This document shows positions 30,301 to 40,639 of a stretch of DNA of 64,000 nt, piece after piece. Numbering within the stretch: position 1 is the stretch's first letter; the number at the start of each line of letters is the position of its first letter. The position numbers and the translations under genes are program-made. The notes beneath the pieces are model-generated. The model worked only from the letters and a program-made list of their open reading frames with translations, had not been told where the DNA came from and ran no database searches. The stretch is from an uncultured Acidimicrobiales bacterium (GTDB taxonomy: Bacteria > Actinomycetota > Acidimicrobiia > Acidimicrobiales > DATKAS01): contig CAVVET010000022.1 of NCBI GenBank assembly GCA_963747215.1, forward strand, positions 76,637 through 140,636. The letters run 5' to 3'.

Positions 30301-30323
30301 ACGTGGATGTCGTCAGGCCGTTC
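30301..30323 (-). promoter_or_regulatory. Possible ECF-type autoregulated promoter (GAAC-N16-CGT)
   Basis: The minus strand reads TGAACGGCCTGACGACATCCACGTG, ending 34 nt upstream of the sigma GTG at 30266. This is a pattern match only. Confidence 0.3.
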
Positions 30324-30326
30324 ATT

Positions 30327-31547
30327 TCAGGCCAGCCGGTCGAACCTCGTGACGACTTCGACGTGGGGGGTGTGGGGGAACAGATCGACCAAGGTGGAGC
30401 GGCGGTGCACGAAGCCCAGCCCGGTGAGCACGCCCACGTCCCGGGCGAGGGAGGCCGGATCGCAGCTCACGAGCACGAGACGGGTCGCCCCGGTGGCCGC
30501 GAGGCGAGCGGCCGCCTTGCCGCCCAGGCCCGGGCGGGCTGGATCGGCGACCACGACCCGGGCGGGAACGGGATCCCACGGCCGCGATCTCGGCCCGCAC
30601 GACCTGGGCGTCGCGGCCGAGGTTGTCGCGTGCGTCGCGCACCGCCGGCCCGTGCCGTTCGACGGCGACGATCTTGCGGCCGGCGCCGAGCAACCCGGCG
30701 AACAGGCCGACGCCGCAATAGGCATCGACGAACGTGCCCGCCTCGTCCTCGTCGACGAACTCCTGGCCCACCGCATCGACGAGCGCCTGTGCGCCATCGG
30801 TGCGGGCCTGGAAGAAAGACGTCGCCGAGATGAGGAACCGCCGGCCGCCCACGACCTCGTGGATGCGGGCAGTGCGCCCCTTCTTCACCTCGTTCGCACC
30901 GATGACCACGACGCCCTCGGGAACCTCCACCCCGTGCGCGTGCGGAGAGGCGAGGACGAGCCGCTCCCCCGTCGCCGCGCCGCAGCGCAGCGTCACATCG
31001 GTCGCTCCTTCGTAACGTCCGCCCGCGATGAGGTCGTGGAGCAACGGGTGCGCGACGAGGCATTCGTCGATCGGGAGGAGCTCGTGGCTGCGATGGCCGT
31101 GAAACGCGGCGCGCCCGTCGCGCACACCCATCCGAACGGTCGTGCGGTAGCCAGTCGATGGCAACGGCTGGCCCGGCGATACCTCCGCGGAGCTCAGTCG
31201 CCCGATTCGCCGTAGCGCGTCGAGGACGATGTCGCGCTTCAGCTCGACCTGCACCTCGGGTGCGATGTGTTGCCAGCCGCAGCCCCCGCAACCCGCGCCG
31301 ACGTAGGGACACGGCGGGGTCACTCTCCCCTCGGCCGGCTCGATGACCTGGACGACGGCAGCGCGCGCGTAGTCCGTGTGCTCGTCGAACACCTCGGCCT
31401 CGACGAGCTCGTCCGGCAGCGCTCCGTCGACGAACACGACTCGGCCGTCGTCGTCTCGGGCGAGCGCCGAGCCGCCCGCGGCCATCGAAGAGGGCCGCAG
31501 CCGGAGGGTGGGCACCGACCGAGCGTACGGCTCGCGGCGTAGCCTCA
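30327..31547 (-). CDS. Class I SAM-dependent RNA (uracil-5-)-methyltransferase, RumA/TrmA-like, one frame break
   Basis: Contains a Cys cluster (PPCPYVGAGCGGCGWQH) and DAYCGVGLFAG (SAM site). The C-terminus VVVADPARPGLG...LVLVSCDPASLARD...DLFPHTPHVE is in ORF 30327..30797. The break is near 30580. The start is uncertain (ATG 31547 or GTG 31515). Confidence 0.8.
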
Positions 31548-31551
31548 TGGC

Positions 31552-32229
31552 GTGCGCGACATCGCGATCGTCCCATCGGTGCTCCCCGTCGACCAGGGCC
31601 GGCTCACCGAGGGCTGCATCGAGCTCGAGAAGGCGGGATGCGACCGCATCCAGTTCGACGTGATGGACGGGCAGTTCGTGCCGGTCATCACGTTCGGCGC
31701 CGACACGATCGCGGCGATCCGCCCGGTCGTGAGCGTGCCGTTCGAAGCGCACATGATGATCAACACGCCCGAGCAGATGCTCAAGCCGATGTACGACGCG
31801 GGCTGCGAGACGCTGATCGTGCACGCCGAGACCACCCGCCACCTCCATCGCACGCTCGGCGCAGCTCGCGAGCTGGGGGCGCGAGCCGCGGTGGCCATCA
31901 ACCCCGCCACCCCTCCGTCCGCAGTCGCTCACGTGCTCGACCTGGTGGACCACGTGCTCGTGATGACGGTGAACCCCGGATGGGGTGGCCAGAAGTACAT
32001 CGCCACGATGGAGTCGAAGATCGCCGAGGTCGCACGAATGATCGAGGCGAGCGGCCACGACGTCGGCATCGAGGTCGACGGGGGCATCGGCCCGACCACC
32101 GTGGCCGGCGCCGTCAGCGCGGGTGCCAACCTGCTGGTCGCGGGAAGCGCGATCTTCCGCGATCCCGAAGGACTCGAGCACGGCGTGTCGGACTTGCGGG
32201 CTCGCGCGCTCGCGGCGCGGTCAGGCTGA
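31552..32229 (+). CDS. rpe: Ribulose-phosphate 3-epimerase
   Basis: Intact 225 aa ORF: IVPSVLPVDQGRL...FDVMDGQFVP...MTVNPGWGGQK...VDGGI. Confidence 0.9.
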   Translation: MRDIAIVPSVLPVDQGRLTEGCIELEKAGCDRIQFDVMDGQFVPVITFGADTIAAIRPVVSVPFEAHMMINTPEQMLKPMYDAGCETLIVHAETTRHLHRTLGAARELGARAAVAINPATPPSAVAHVLDLVDHVLVMTVNPGWGGQKYIATMESKIAEVARMIEASGHDVGIEVDGGIGPTTVAGAVSAGANLLVAGSAIFRDPEGLEHGVSDLRARALAARSG

Positions 32230-35200
32230 GGCGACCAACCCCGCGACCTCTTCGCACGCCGTCGCCAAGTCGGGAAGCTCGCGCTCGAACCAACGCGTCG
32301 GGTTCGCAAAGAGGAACACGCAACGGCTCACCGGACGGCCGAGCGACGAGGACACCGCCAGCGCATACGCCGCGCCTTGCAACCGGTAGCGAGCGACCGC
32401 CTCGTCCGCGTCGACGTCGGCGCGCACGCCGTCGGTCTTGTAGTCGACCACGACCAGCTCGCCTGCGGCGTCCTCGTAGAGCAGGTCGATGAAGCCTTCG
32501 AGCACTCGGCCCTCGACCGGCGCGGCGAGGAACACCTCCCGCCAGTAGCGACCGCTCGCCACGGCTTCCTTGACGCTCGGAGCCTCGAGCACCTGGCGCA
32601 CCCGCCGTTCGATCTCACTTGCGAGGGCCGGTACTCCCTCGGCCGCCGCCTGCGCGACAGAGAGCGAGTCCGCGCCATCGCCGGTCGCGAGGTCGACCGT
32701 TTGCAGCACCGCGTGCACGGCCCGACCGATGGCGGTGCCGGCTCGCCCCCGCCTCCACGGCGGCTGATCGTCGACCCGGTCGTCCGCCTCGTCCGCAGTC
32801 GGCTCCACCACGTCGGCGTCGTCCTCGTCCGAATCGTCGTCGACGCCTCCGTCAGTGGCGAGCACGTTCGCCGCGGCCTTGACCCGCGTCGCGGCGACTG
32901 CGGGAGATCGCCCGAGCGAGGAAATCGCAGCCGCTCGTTCTGCGATCCAGGCGTCGCGCTGCGCGAGCATCCCGTCGGTCGGCGGGACCGAGACCTCGTC
33001 GTCGATCCGCGCGGTCAGCTCGGGCGGGTCGAGCACCTCGACCAGCGGGGCATGGGCGGCGACGTCGTGGGCCAGGGTCTCATGCATCGGCCGAAACAGG
33101 CTCACCACGAGGCGGTCGCATGCTCTCGTCATGGCGACGTAGGTGAGCCGCACCCGTTCGGCCTTCAACGCCTCTCTCTCGAAGGTCCAGAGTCCTTCAT
33201 ATCCGGCCGTTTCGAAGCGGGTCTCGTTGGACCCGCATTTCGCCTCGGGGCCGTGACTCCCCCACAGGATCGCGGGCCCGACGCTCTGGTACTTCGAGTT
33301 CAACCCCATCAGCACCACGATCGGGAACTCGAGCCCCTTGGACGCATGCACGGTGAGGATGCGCACGGCGTCATCGTCGGGATCAGGGGCGATCGCATCG
33401 TTCACCCACACGTCCCGCTCGGCCTGGTCCCGGCACCACGCGACGAACTCCTCGATCGAGGCGCCACCGGCCTCCTCGAACGCTCGGGCCTGCGCGAGCA
33501 CGAACTCGATGCGACGCCAACGGTCGCGTGGGCGCCCGTGTGCGAACGCGAGCTGTCGCATGCGGCACACGTCGATCACTCGGCGGACCGTCTCGCCGAT
33601 CGACTGCCACGACCGCTCGTCGTGCAGCATCCGGAGCAGGCGCAGTCCTGCCGCGACCGGATTGTCAGGCCCGACGGTGGGCTCGCCCGGAGAAAGGTAG
33701 GACCACCATCCGTTGCTCCACTTCCACTCCGCCAGATCGTGATCGGAGCAGCCGAGGCTCGCGGAGCGCAGTGCCGCCACGATTGCCACCTGATCGTTCG
33801 GGTCACTCACCGCGGTCAGCACTGCCAGCAGGTCGCGCACTTCAGCCGTGTTCCAGATGAGCGTGCGGCTTTCGACCCGAGCGGGGATGCCCGCTTCGTC
33901 GAGGGCATGGTCCAGGGCGGGCAGAGATGCACGGGTCGGCATGAGCACCGCGATGTCGCCGTGTTGCGCGGGTCTGAGCTCGCGGCTCTTCGGATCGCGC
34001 ACTTGCCAGCCCGCTTCCTTCGCCAGCGCGATGACGCGTACGACCGCGTCCGCCTCATCCGCCCGAACCTGCGCGGCGGGCACCGGCTCCTCGTCACCAA
34101 TCGTCGTCACGCTCGGGGACTCGTCGTGATCGGCGATGTGGGCGGTGAGGGCCACGTATTCGGGTTGCGTTCCGTCAGGGCTTGTGGCCATCCACGGGTG
34201 GAACAGGGCGTTCACGTAGTCGACCACTGAGCTCACGGTGCGGAAGTTCTCGGTGAGGTGGAGCGGTTCGCCGGCGAACACCGTCTGCGCTCTCTCGTAG
34301 ACGTCGATGTCAGCGCGGCGGAAGCGGTAGATCGATTGCTTCGGGTCGCCCACGAAGAAGAGGCGTCCCGCGTCGGCCGCCGCGAGCGGCTCGTCGCTCC
34401 ACGACCGCGTGGCGATGTCAGGCCGGGACGAAGCGAGCAGCACGGCGATCTCGATCTGCAGCGGATCGGTGTCTTGGAACTCGTCGATGAGGATGCGCTC
34501 ATATCGCGACCGACACGCCGCACGAACGTCGGGATCGCGAGAGCGCGTCTCGCGCGAGCACGAGGAGGTCTTGGAAGAGCAGCTGACCTTCACTTGTGCG
34601 TGTCGCCGCCCAATCGAGCACCGCCGACGCAAGCGCCGGAACCAGCAGCGTGATCACCTCACGACGGAGGCCGACCTGCAACGCCTTGCGCTCATCACGC
34701 GCCGGCTTCGCCACCTTCGTGGTCGGGATCTTCACGTGAGCCTGCACGACGTCGATTCGGTCCAGGTCGTCCGCCACGTTCTCGGCCTGGCGCACGTGGT
34801 CCGCGAGCGGACCGTCGTCGACTGGGATCTGCCGCAACGCGTCGACGTAAGCCGACAAGTCGACCGGCCTCAGCCGAACGGGCTGCGTCGGCCACACCCA
34901 ACGTTCGTGCGTGGCCGAGAGACGGTCGTAGCTCTGGTGCAGCGATGTCACGATCTCGCGGAAGTGCTTCGGCGTCATTCCCAGCTCGACCGCTCTCGCG
35001 ACCACCTCACTGAGTGGACCTTCCGGGTCGAACAGCAGCGTGGCCAACGCTCGCCACTGCGCCTCGAGGTAGATCGCCTCGCCCACCTGGTCGAGCACCT
35101 CGAAGCGAGGTGGCACGCCGACCGCCAAGCCGTGCTCGGTGAGCAGACGCCGCGCGAACGAGTGCAGCGTGGAGATCGGCGCGTCGCCGAGAGTCGCCAG

Positions 35201-35476
35201 CGCTCGTTCCGACAGCGTGGTGCTGGGCCGGCCGGCGAGCTCGGTGCGCACGCGGTCGCGGAGCTCGGCCGCGGCCTTCTCGGTGAACGTGATCGCAGCG
35301 ATCTGATTGATGTCCGTCCCTGCGTCGACGAGCGCGCACACTCGGTTCACCAGGACTGTCGTCTTTCCCGATCCGGCGCCCGCCTCGACGAACAACGTGT
35401 CGTCGAGGTTCGTGGCCACCGTGTCGCGGACGGCCTGATCTCGAGCCGGTCGGCGAGCGGCCTCAGTCATCGTCAT
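32221..35476 (-). CDS. AddA/AdnB-like helicase-nuclease subunit (UvrD-type helicase plus C-terminal PD-(D/E)XK nuclease), one frame break
   Basis: ORF 34499..35476 has Walker A VEAGAGSGKTTVL and ITFTEKAAAELR. ORF 32221..34632 has DEFQDTDP, VGDPKQSIYRFRRAD and TVHASKGLEF, with C-terminal GFIDLLY...VVVDYKT. The break lies within 34499-34632. Confidence 0.8.
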
Positions 35477-38467
35477 CTCCGCTGTCGCCCGCGACCTCGC
35501 TCAGCTCGACATAGGGCTGCACCTCGGGCGCTGAGCTGAGGCGCAGCCAGGCAGCGATCGCGGTCCGGTGGGCAGACCCGGTCGTAGGCGCAGTACTGGC
35601 AGTGGTCGAAGTTGAACCAACCCTCGTCACCGGGGTTTGCCGGGAAGATGCCATCGGTGATGCCGCTGGCGATGGCTTCGAGCGTCGCGAGGAACCGCGC
35701 TTTGACCTCGCCCTCGATCGGGATGCTGACTTGGGTCCAGCCGCCCTTCGCCGACACGTACCAGTAGCCCGCAGACACCGGCGCGTGAGGGTCGAACTCG
35801 GCCTGCGCGGCGAGCCCATAGAGCGGCAGCTGCAGCAAGCCGGCCGGACCGGATGCCGGCGAGCACGTTCTTCTCGTTCTCGCGCTGGCCAGTCTTGTAG
35901 TCGATCACGCGGCAGGCGGTCGTGGAGGCGATCGACGCGATCGATCGCCCCAGAGAAGTGGAGGACCCGTCCACTCGGCAGAGTGAGGATGAACGGAGGT
36001 TGCTCATCCCTCCCGAACTTGTGCTCGACACCGAGCAGCTGCGCCGCGGTCTCATCGGAAGCAAGAGTGCGCAAGACATCGCGCACGATGCGGCGCTTCT
36101 CCACATGCCAGAGCAGCGGGTACGGCGCCGAACCCAGCAGCTCGAAGTCGGTGAACACCTGGTCGGCCACGCGCTCGGCCGCGTCACTCGCCGCGACAGC
36201 CCAAGGGACTTCTGAGTCGAACGGCAGTCGCGGCTGCGCATCGCGGCGCTCGATGTGCTCGCGGCCCAGTCGTTCGAGCACCTCGTGGACGAGCGAGCCC
36301 CGGTGCCGCGGTTCGAGCTCGTCGACATCGGAGATGTCGTCGTGCTCGCGGACCCGCAGCACGTACCTGAACAGATATTGCGCGGGGCACTTCGCCCAGG
36401 TCTCGAGGGCCGTCGCGGACAGCACGGCCGCATCGAGAACCAGGTGGGGGCTCGGACCGACGTTGCCATCCCAAGCGCTGAACTCGTCACCCGAGCGCGT
36501 GCGGATCGCGGCGAGCCCGCGTCCGAGATCTGGGTCGTGCTCGACGAGCGGATGCTGCGCGAGCGCCATGGACGGCCACGCCCGGAGCGAGCGAAGGTCG
36601 TGCTCCTGCAACGAGGCCGGGGGCTCAGACGATCGTGCGAGCTCGGCGTCGAACGACTCGATCATTCGCTCGTTCGAGGCAAGGATCGTCGAGCCAAGGG
36701 GATGGATGAGCGACCCGCTCACTTCCCGCACGCGGATGGAGCAACCAGCGCGCCGGCGCGGCACCGAGAGCCGCGAGATAGGTGCGACGCTCATCTGAGG
36801 CACGGGCCCCCCGGCGCAACGGCGACCCGATCGCTCCCCGCTCCGTGTCGGAGAGCAGCGCCGCGCTCACTCCCGTCGGGGGGAACGCGCCTTCGGACAT
36901 GCCCAGCACGATCAGCACGTCGAGATCGACGCCGACGACATGCGCCAGGGTGCCGCACAACACGCCCTCGCCGAACAGGCCTCGACGGCCAGCGGGCGCC
37001 TCGAGCATCGACGCGACGTGCGAGACGACTGCAGCACGCGAGATCGGCCCCGGCTCGACTGCGTCGAGAGACCGGAAGCCCTCGACTACGCGTTCGACTG
37101 CGTCATACGCGACGAGCTCTGCCTCTGGCCATCGCCGGCGTGCCGCCGGAGAACCGAGCGCCCGCCAAAGGAACGAACGCATCCAGTCAGCCCAGGCGCT
37201 CCAGGATGGGCGCTCATCGACGCCGACCTCGGCGACGAGCCATGCCACGAACTCGGCGAGGCGGGGCGCCTCGTCAGGCTCGTCGACGCTGTAGCGACCG
37301 AGCCGATCGGTCCACTGCTCGGCGCCACGGACGACACCGGCACGACGAGCGATCCGCGCCCATCTCGCCGCTCGCACTCGGTGGCCGTCGACGCGGATCG
37401 GTGCCGCGCTCAGCCACCGGACCACCTCGCCACGACTGAAACCGTCGTCGGCGAGAGCGAGCGCCCCCAGCAACGTGCGGCCGGTGACGCTCTGCGCCAG
37501 CGTGCGAACAGACGGGCCGTGCATCGGAATGCCGGCCGCGGTCAGCTCTTCGTCGAGCAGCTGTGCGTAGGGATCGCGCAAGCGGTACACGACCGCGATG
37601 CGGTGTAACGGACGCCCCGCCTCGAGCTCGGATGCGATCAGGCGCATGGCCTCGCGCACTTCGCCCGGCGCGTCGGGCGCGCTCACCACGTTCGTCACGA
37701 CCGAGCAATCGGCCGCGATGTGGGCCGACGGTCCGAGTCGCCGTTCGAGATGGTCGACCAGCGCGGAGGCAGGGGCATCGGCCTCGGACTCACCCGTGAG
37801 ACCGACGAGCGCCCACAGCCTGCGCTCGACGGCGAGCGCGTCCGACCAACTCGAGCTGCGCGGGGCTGAGGCGATGAGGAAGGTGTACGACGACCTGCCC
37901 GACGTCCCGCAGGTCGGTCTCTCGCGTCGCGACGATCTCGGCTGCCGCTCGCGCGACATCGCGCTCGTCGTAGTAGTGCTGCGTCTTCGCCGCGAATCGA
38001 TCGACGAGAGACGCGAGCGTCGAGCCCCTGTGGCTGTGGTGGCGAAGCTGCTCGAGCGCATCGGCATCGGATCGTGCGAGCTCGTCGAGAAACTCGGCCA
38101 CCGCGGCCTCGGTGGTGTGCGCTCCCGCCACCCGCTCGAGAGGAGCCGGACGATCGGCGAGTACCTGGCGCACCAGCGCCGCGCGCACCGCGTCGTCGAG
38201 CGGCCTGCGTCCCGCCGCGGCCAACGCGCCCGCGCCCAACAGCTCGGCGAGACGGTCGAGCACCATGAAGCGGACGTTGACGATGCCGCCGGGACGCCCT
38301 CCGAGCTCGCGGCGCAGCGCCAGCCCCGTCAGGTTGCCGGGCACCACGACCGTGACCGGCGCGAGCGCGTCGGCGCCTTTTGCAGCGGCGATGACCGCAG
38401 CCAGCGCGTCGGTCGCGGCGCGCCCGAACGGCACCGTCGTCAGCCGCGCCACTCCACCCCGGTCCAT
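35463..38467 (-). CDS. AddB/AdnA-like helicase-nuclease subunit (degenerate motor, C-terminal PD-(D/E)XK nuclease with Cys cluster), about 5 frame breaks
   Basis: Assembled from ORFs 37790..38467, 36625..38067, 35463..36803, 35627..36490 and 35473..35838. Nuclease region: WAKCPAQYLFRY...GSLVHEVLE...VIDYKTG...FDHCQYCAYDRVCP (iron-staple-type cysteines). No GKT Walker A is seen at the N-terminus. Confidence 0.75.
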
Positions 38468-38489
38468 GACCCAAAGGTAGCGAGGGGGT

Positions 38490-38936
38490 GTGACACTCTC
38501 TCAGACCATGTCACGTGCGCCGATCGCCGGTCTCGCTCTGCTCGCGGTCGCACTGATCGGCGCTGGCTGCGGTGGCGATGACGGGGGCGAGGGCGAAACC
38601 GAGGACGCGACCGCCTACTGCGCCGCTGTCGTCGAGGGGCAGGCGTCACTCGGGGGAGACGTGCAGGATCCCGTCGCCGCGCAGGCCGCAGTCGAGGCCT
38701 TCGACCGGCTCGTCGAGACGGCGCCGCCGAGCATCGAAGACGACGTACGCACCATCGCCGACCTCGTCGATCAGATCGCGGCCGCGGACCCCGCGGACGA
38801 AGGCGGCGTCGCCGATCTGTTCGCCGCCGCTCTCGACCCCGAGTTCCTCGCGGCGAGCAGCAACGTGCAGGAGTTCACCCGCGTCCAGTGCGGCGTCGAC
38901 CTGGGTGGAGCGTCGCCGTCGCTGACGACGCCGTGA
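38490..38936 (+). CDS. Putative lipoprotein, hypothetical
   Basis: Lipobox LLAVALIGAGCGG, followed by an acidic, Ala-rich domain with 2 more Cys. The start is GTG 38490 or ATG 38508. Confidence 0.55.
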   Translation: MTLSQTMSRAPIAGLALLAVALIGAGCGGDDGGEGETEDATAYCAAVVEGQASLGGDVQDPVAAQAAVEAFDRLVETAPPSIEDDVRTIADLVDQIAAADPADEGGVADLFAAALDPEFLAASSNVQEFTRVQCGVDLGGASPSLTTP

Positions 38937-38951
38937 CGCGGACTCGCGTCA
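38934..38951. terminator. Hairpin shared by convergent genes; each arm contains one gene's stop codon
   Basis: TGACGCG-GACT-CGCGTCA. The left arm begins with the lipoprotein TGA, and the right arm ends with the complement of the clpP TGA. The stem is short with no U-tract, so terminator function is only inferred. Confidence 0.35.
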
Positions 38952-39552
38952 GATCACCTCACCGCGCTTGAGGATGACGTGATCGATCAGGCCGTACTCC
39001 TTGGCCTGCTCGGCGGTGAACCACCGGTCGCGCTCGGAGTCCAGCTCGACCTGCTCGACGGTTTGGCCGGTGTGGAACGCGATGCGCTCAGCCATCAACC
39101 GCTTGATGTAGGCGAGCTGCTCGGCCTGGATCTTGATGTCGGACGCCGGCCCACGGATGCCGCCAGATGGCTGATGCATCATGATCCGCGCGTGCGGCAG
39201 CGCATAGCGCTTGCCGGCGGCACCGGCGGAGAGCAAGAACTGCCCCATCGACGCGCCGAGGCCCATGCAGATGGTGGCGACGTCGGAGCGGATGAACTGC
39301 ATCGTGTCGTAGATCGCCATGCCGGCGGTGATCGAGCCGCCGGGCGAGTTCACGTACAGCCAGATGTCCTTGTCGGGGTCTTGGCCTTCGAGGTACAGCA
39401 GCTGCGCGGTGATGAAGTTGGCGACGTCGTCGTTCACGTCGGTGCCGAGGAAGACGATCCGCTCCTTCAGCAAGCCGGTTGAAGATGTCCATCCGCTCGA
39501 GCGCGGTGCCCTCCTGCTGCGCGGCAGGAGAGAAGAAGTCGGGCTGTTCCAT
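38949..39552 (-). CDS. clpP: ATP-dependent Clp protease proteolytic subunit, one frame break
   Basis: [27 protein letters not shown]...[22 protein letters not shown]...MGQFLL...MMHQP. The N-terminus [27 protein letters not shown] is in the frame of ORF 39088..39591. The break is near 39478. Confidence 0.85.
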
Positions 39553-39613
39553 GGGTCGCAGGCTACCGGCCTGCGGTTGCCCAACCCCCACCCGGTACGG
39601 TGACTTCGCACGC

Positions 39614-39696
39614 GCGGGCGTGGCGGAATTTGGCAGACGCGCCGGGTTTAGGTCCCGGTGGAGCGATCCGTGAGGGTTCGAGTCCCTCCGCCCGCA
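39614..39696 (+). tRNA. tRNA-Leu (anticodon UAG), class II with long variable arm; CCA not encoded
   Basis: Acceptor GCGGGCG/CGCCCGC, anticodon stem CCGGG/CCCGG with loop TTTAGGT, and T-arm GAGGGTTCGAGTCCCTC. Confidence 0.9.
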
Positions 39697-39818
39697 CTCC
39701 CCCTACCTCGCACTCCCGCCGCCTCGACTTCCGGGAAGCGCCGACGCTTCGATGACCTTCGACGCCGCCGACGGAGCCGCCGACCTGGAGCGGCACGGCG
39801 GGCAGCGGCGGAATCGGC

Positions 39819-40613
39819 TCACCCACGGGTCGCGGCCACGCGATCGGCGTTGCGTCGCTGTCGATGGCCTCGCCGACCTCGATGGCGCCACGGTCCACAC
39901 TGAAGTGCGGGAACGGATAGCCCGCGCGTGCTGCCGTCGGGGAAGTAGATGATCGTGTGGACCGCGCGATCGCGGTCGGTGGTGTTCGGCTTCGCGAGGT
40001 GCACGGTGAGCCCGTGATGGAACGCGACCGATCCGGCTGGCACCTCGACGAACACCGGCTCGATGCCGGCGATCTCGGGGTCGGCCAGGATGTCGTGGGG
40101 CTCGCCGAAGAAGATGTTGACGAACTTGCGCATGCCGATGAGGTGGCTGCCCGGCACGTAGCCCATCGCTCCCGATGCGAGCGTCGAGCCGACGAGAGGG
40201 ATCCATGCGGTCACCGACGCCGTCTCGGCGATCGGCCAGTAGGGATGATCCTGGTGCGCGTCGGTCTCGCGTCCACCCGCCTCCTTGAACAGCGCCTGGT
40301 CGTGCCACAGGCGGACGGCGTCGACCTCGAGCAGCTCGGCGGCCGCTTGGCCGATCCGCTGATGGAAGGTCAGACGCGCCACGTCGGGGTCGTCCTCCCA
40401 CAGGTTCATGCACTGGATGAACGACTGCTGGTAGCGACTGCGCTCGGCGAGGGGTACGACCTCCATGCCCACTCGGCGACGATGCACGCCGCCGGTGACG
40501 GCCGTCTCGAAGTGTGCGACCTCGTCGGCGGAGAGCAGGTCGGGCACGACCACGTAGCCGTCGCGCTGGAACGTCTCGACGAGGTCGGGAGTGAGCAGGG
40601 AGCGGAGCGGCAT
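39819..40613 (-). CDS. Phytanoyl-CoA dioxygenase (PhyH) family protein, 3' end frame-disrupted
   Basis: Contains FQRDGYVVVPDLL, HQDHPYW and GSVAFHHGLTVH. After ~39930 the plausible continuation (FSVDRGAIEVGEAIDSDATPIAWP) is in the frame of ORF 39563..39898. That frame then runs antisense into the tRNA, so the true stop is unresolved. Confidence 0.7.
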   Translation of the reverse strand: MPLRSLLTPDLVETFQRDGYVVVPDLLSADEVAHFETAVTGGVHRRRVGMEVVPLAERSRYQQSFIQCMNLWEDDPDVARLTFHQRIGQAAAELLEVDAVRLWHDQALFKEAGGRETDAHQDHPYWPIAETASVTAWIPLVGSTLASGAMGYVPGSHLIGMRKFVNIFFGEPHDILADPEIAGIEPVFVEVPAGSVAFHHGLTVHLAKPNTTDRDRAVHTIIYFPDGSTRGLSVPALQCGPWRHRGRRGHRQRRNADRVAATRG

Positions 40614-40639
40614 CGCCCGCCAAGTTACCGTCGCGGTCG

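Noticed and set aside
31515-31555. Head-to-head start codons of the RNA methyltransferase (ATG 31547) and rpe (GTG 31552), only 4 nt apart.
   Set aside because: This is more likely a mis-assigned methyltransferase start; GTG 31515 is the alternative. It is not treated as an unusual overlapping divergent promoter.
39563-39898. 111 aa minus-strand ORF running antisense across tRNA-Leu.
   Set aside because: Only its first part looks like the displaced C-terminus of the PhyH gene. The rest is read-through caused by the lack of stop codons, so it is not called as a gene.
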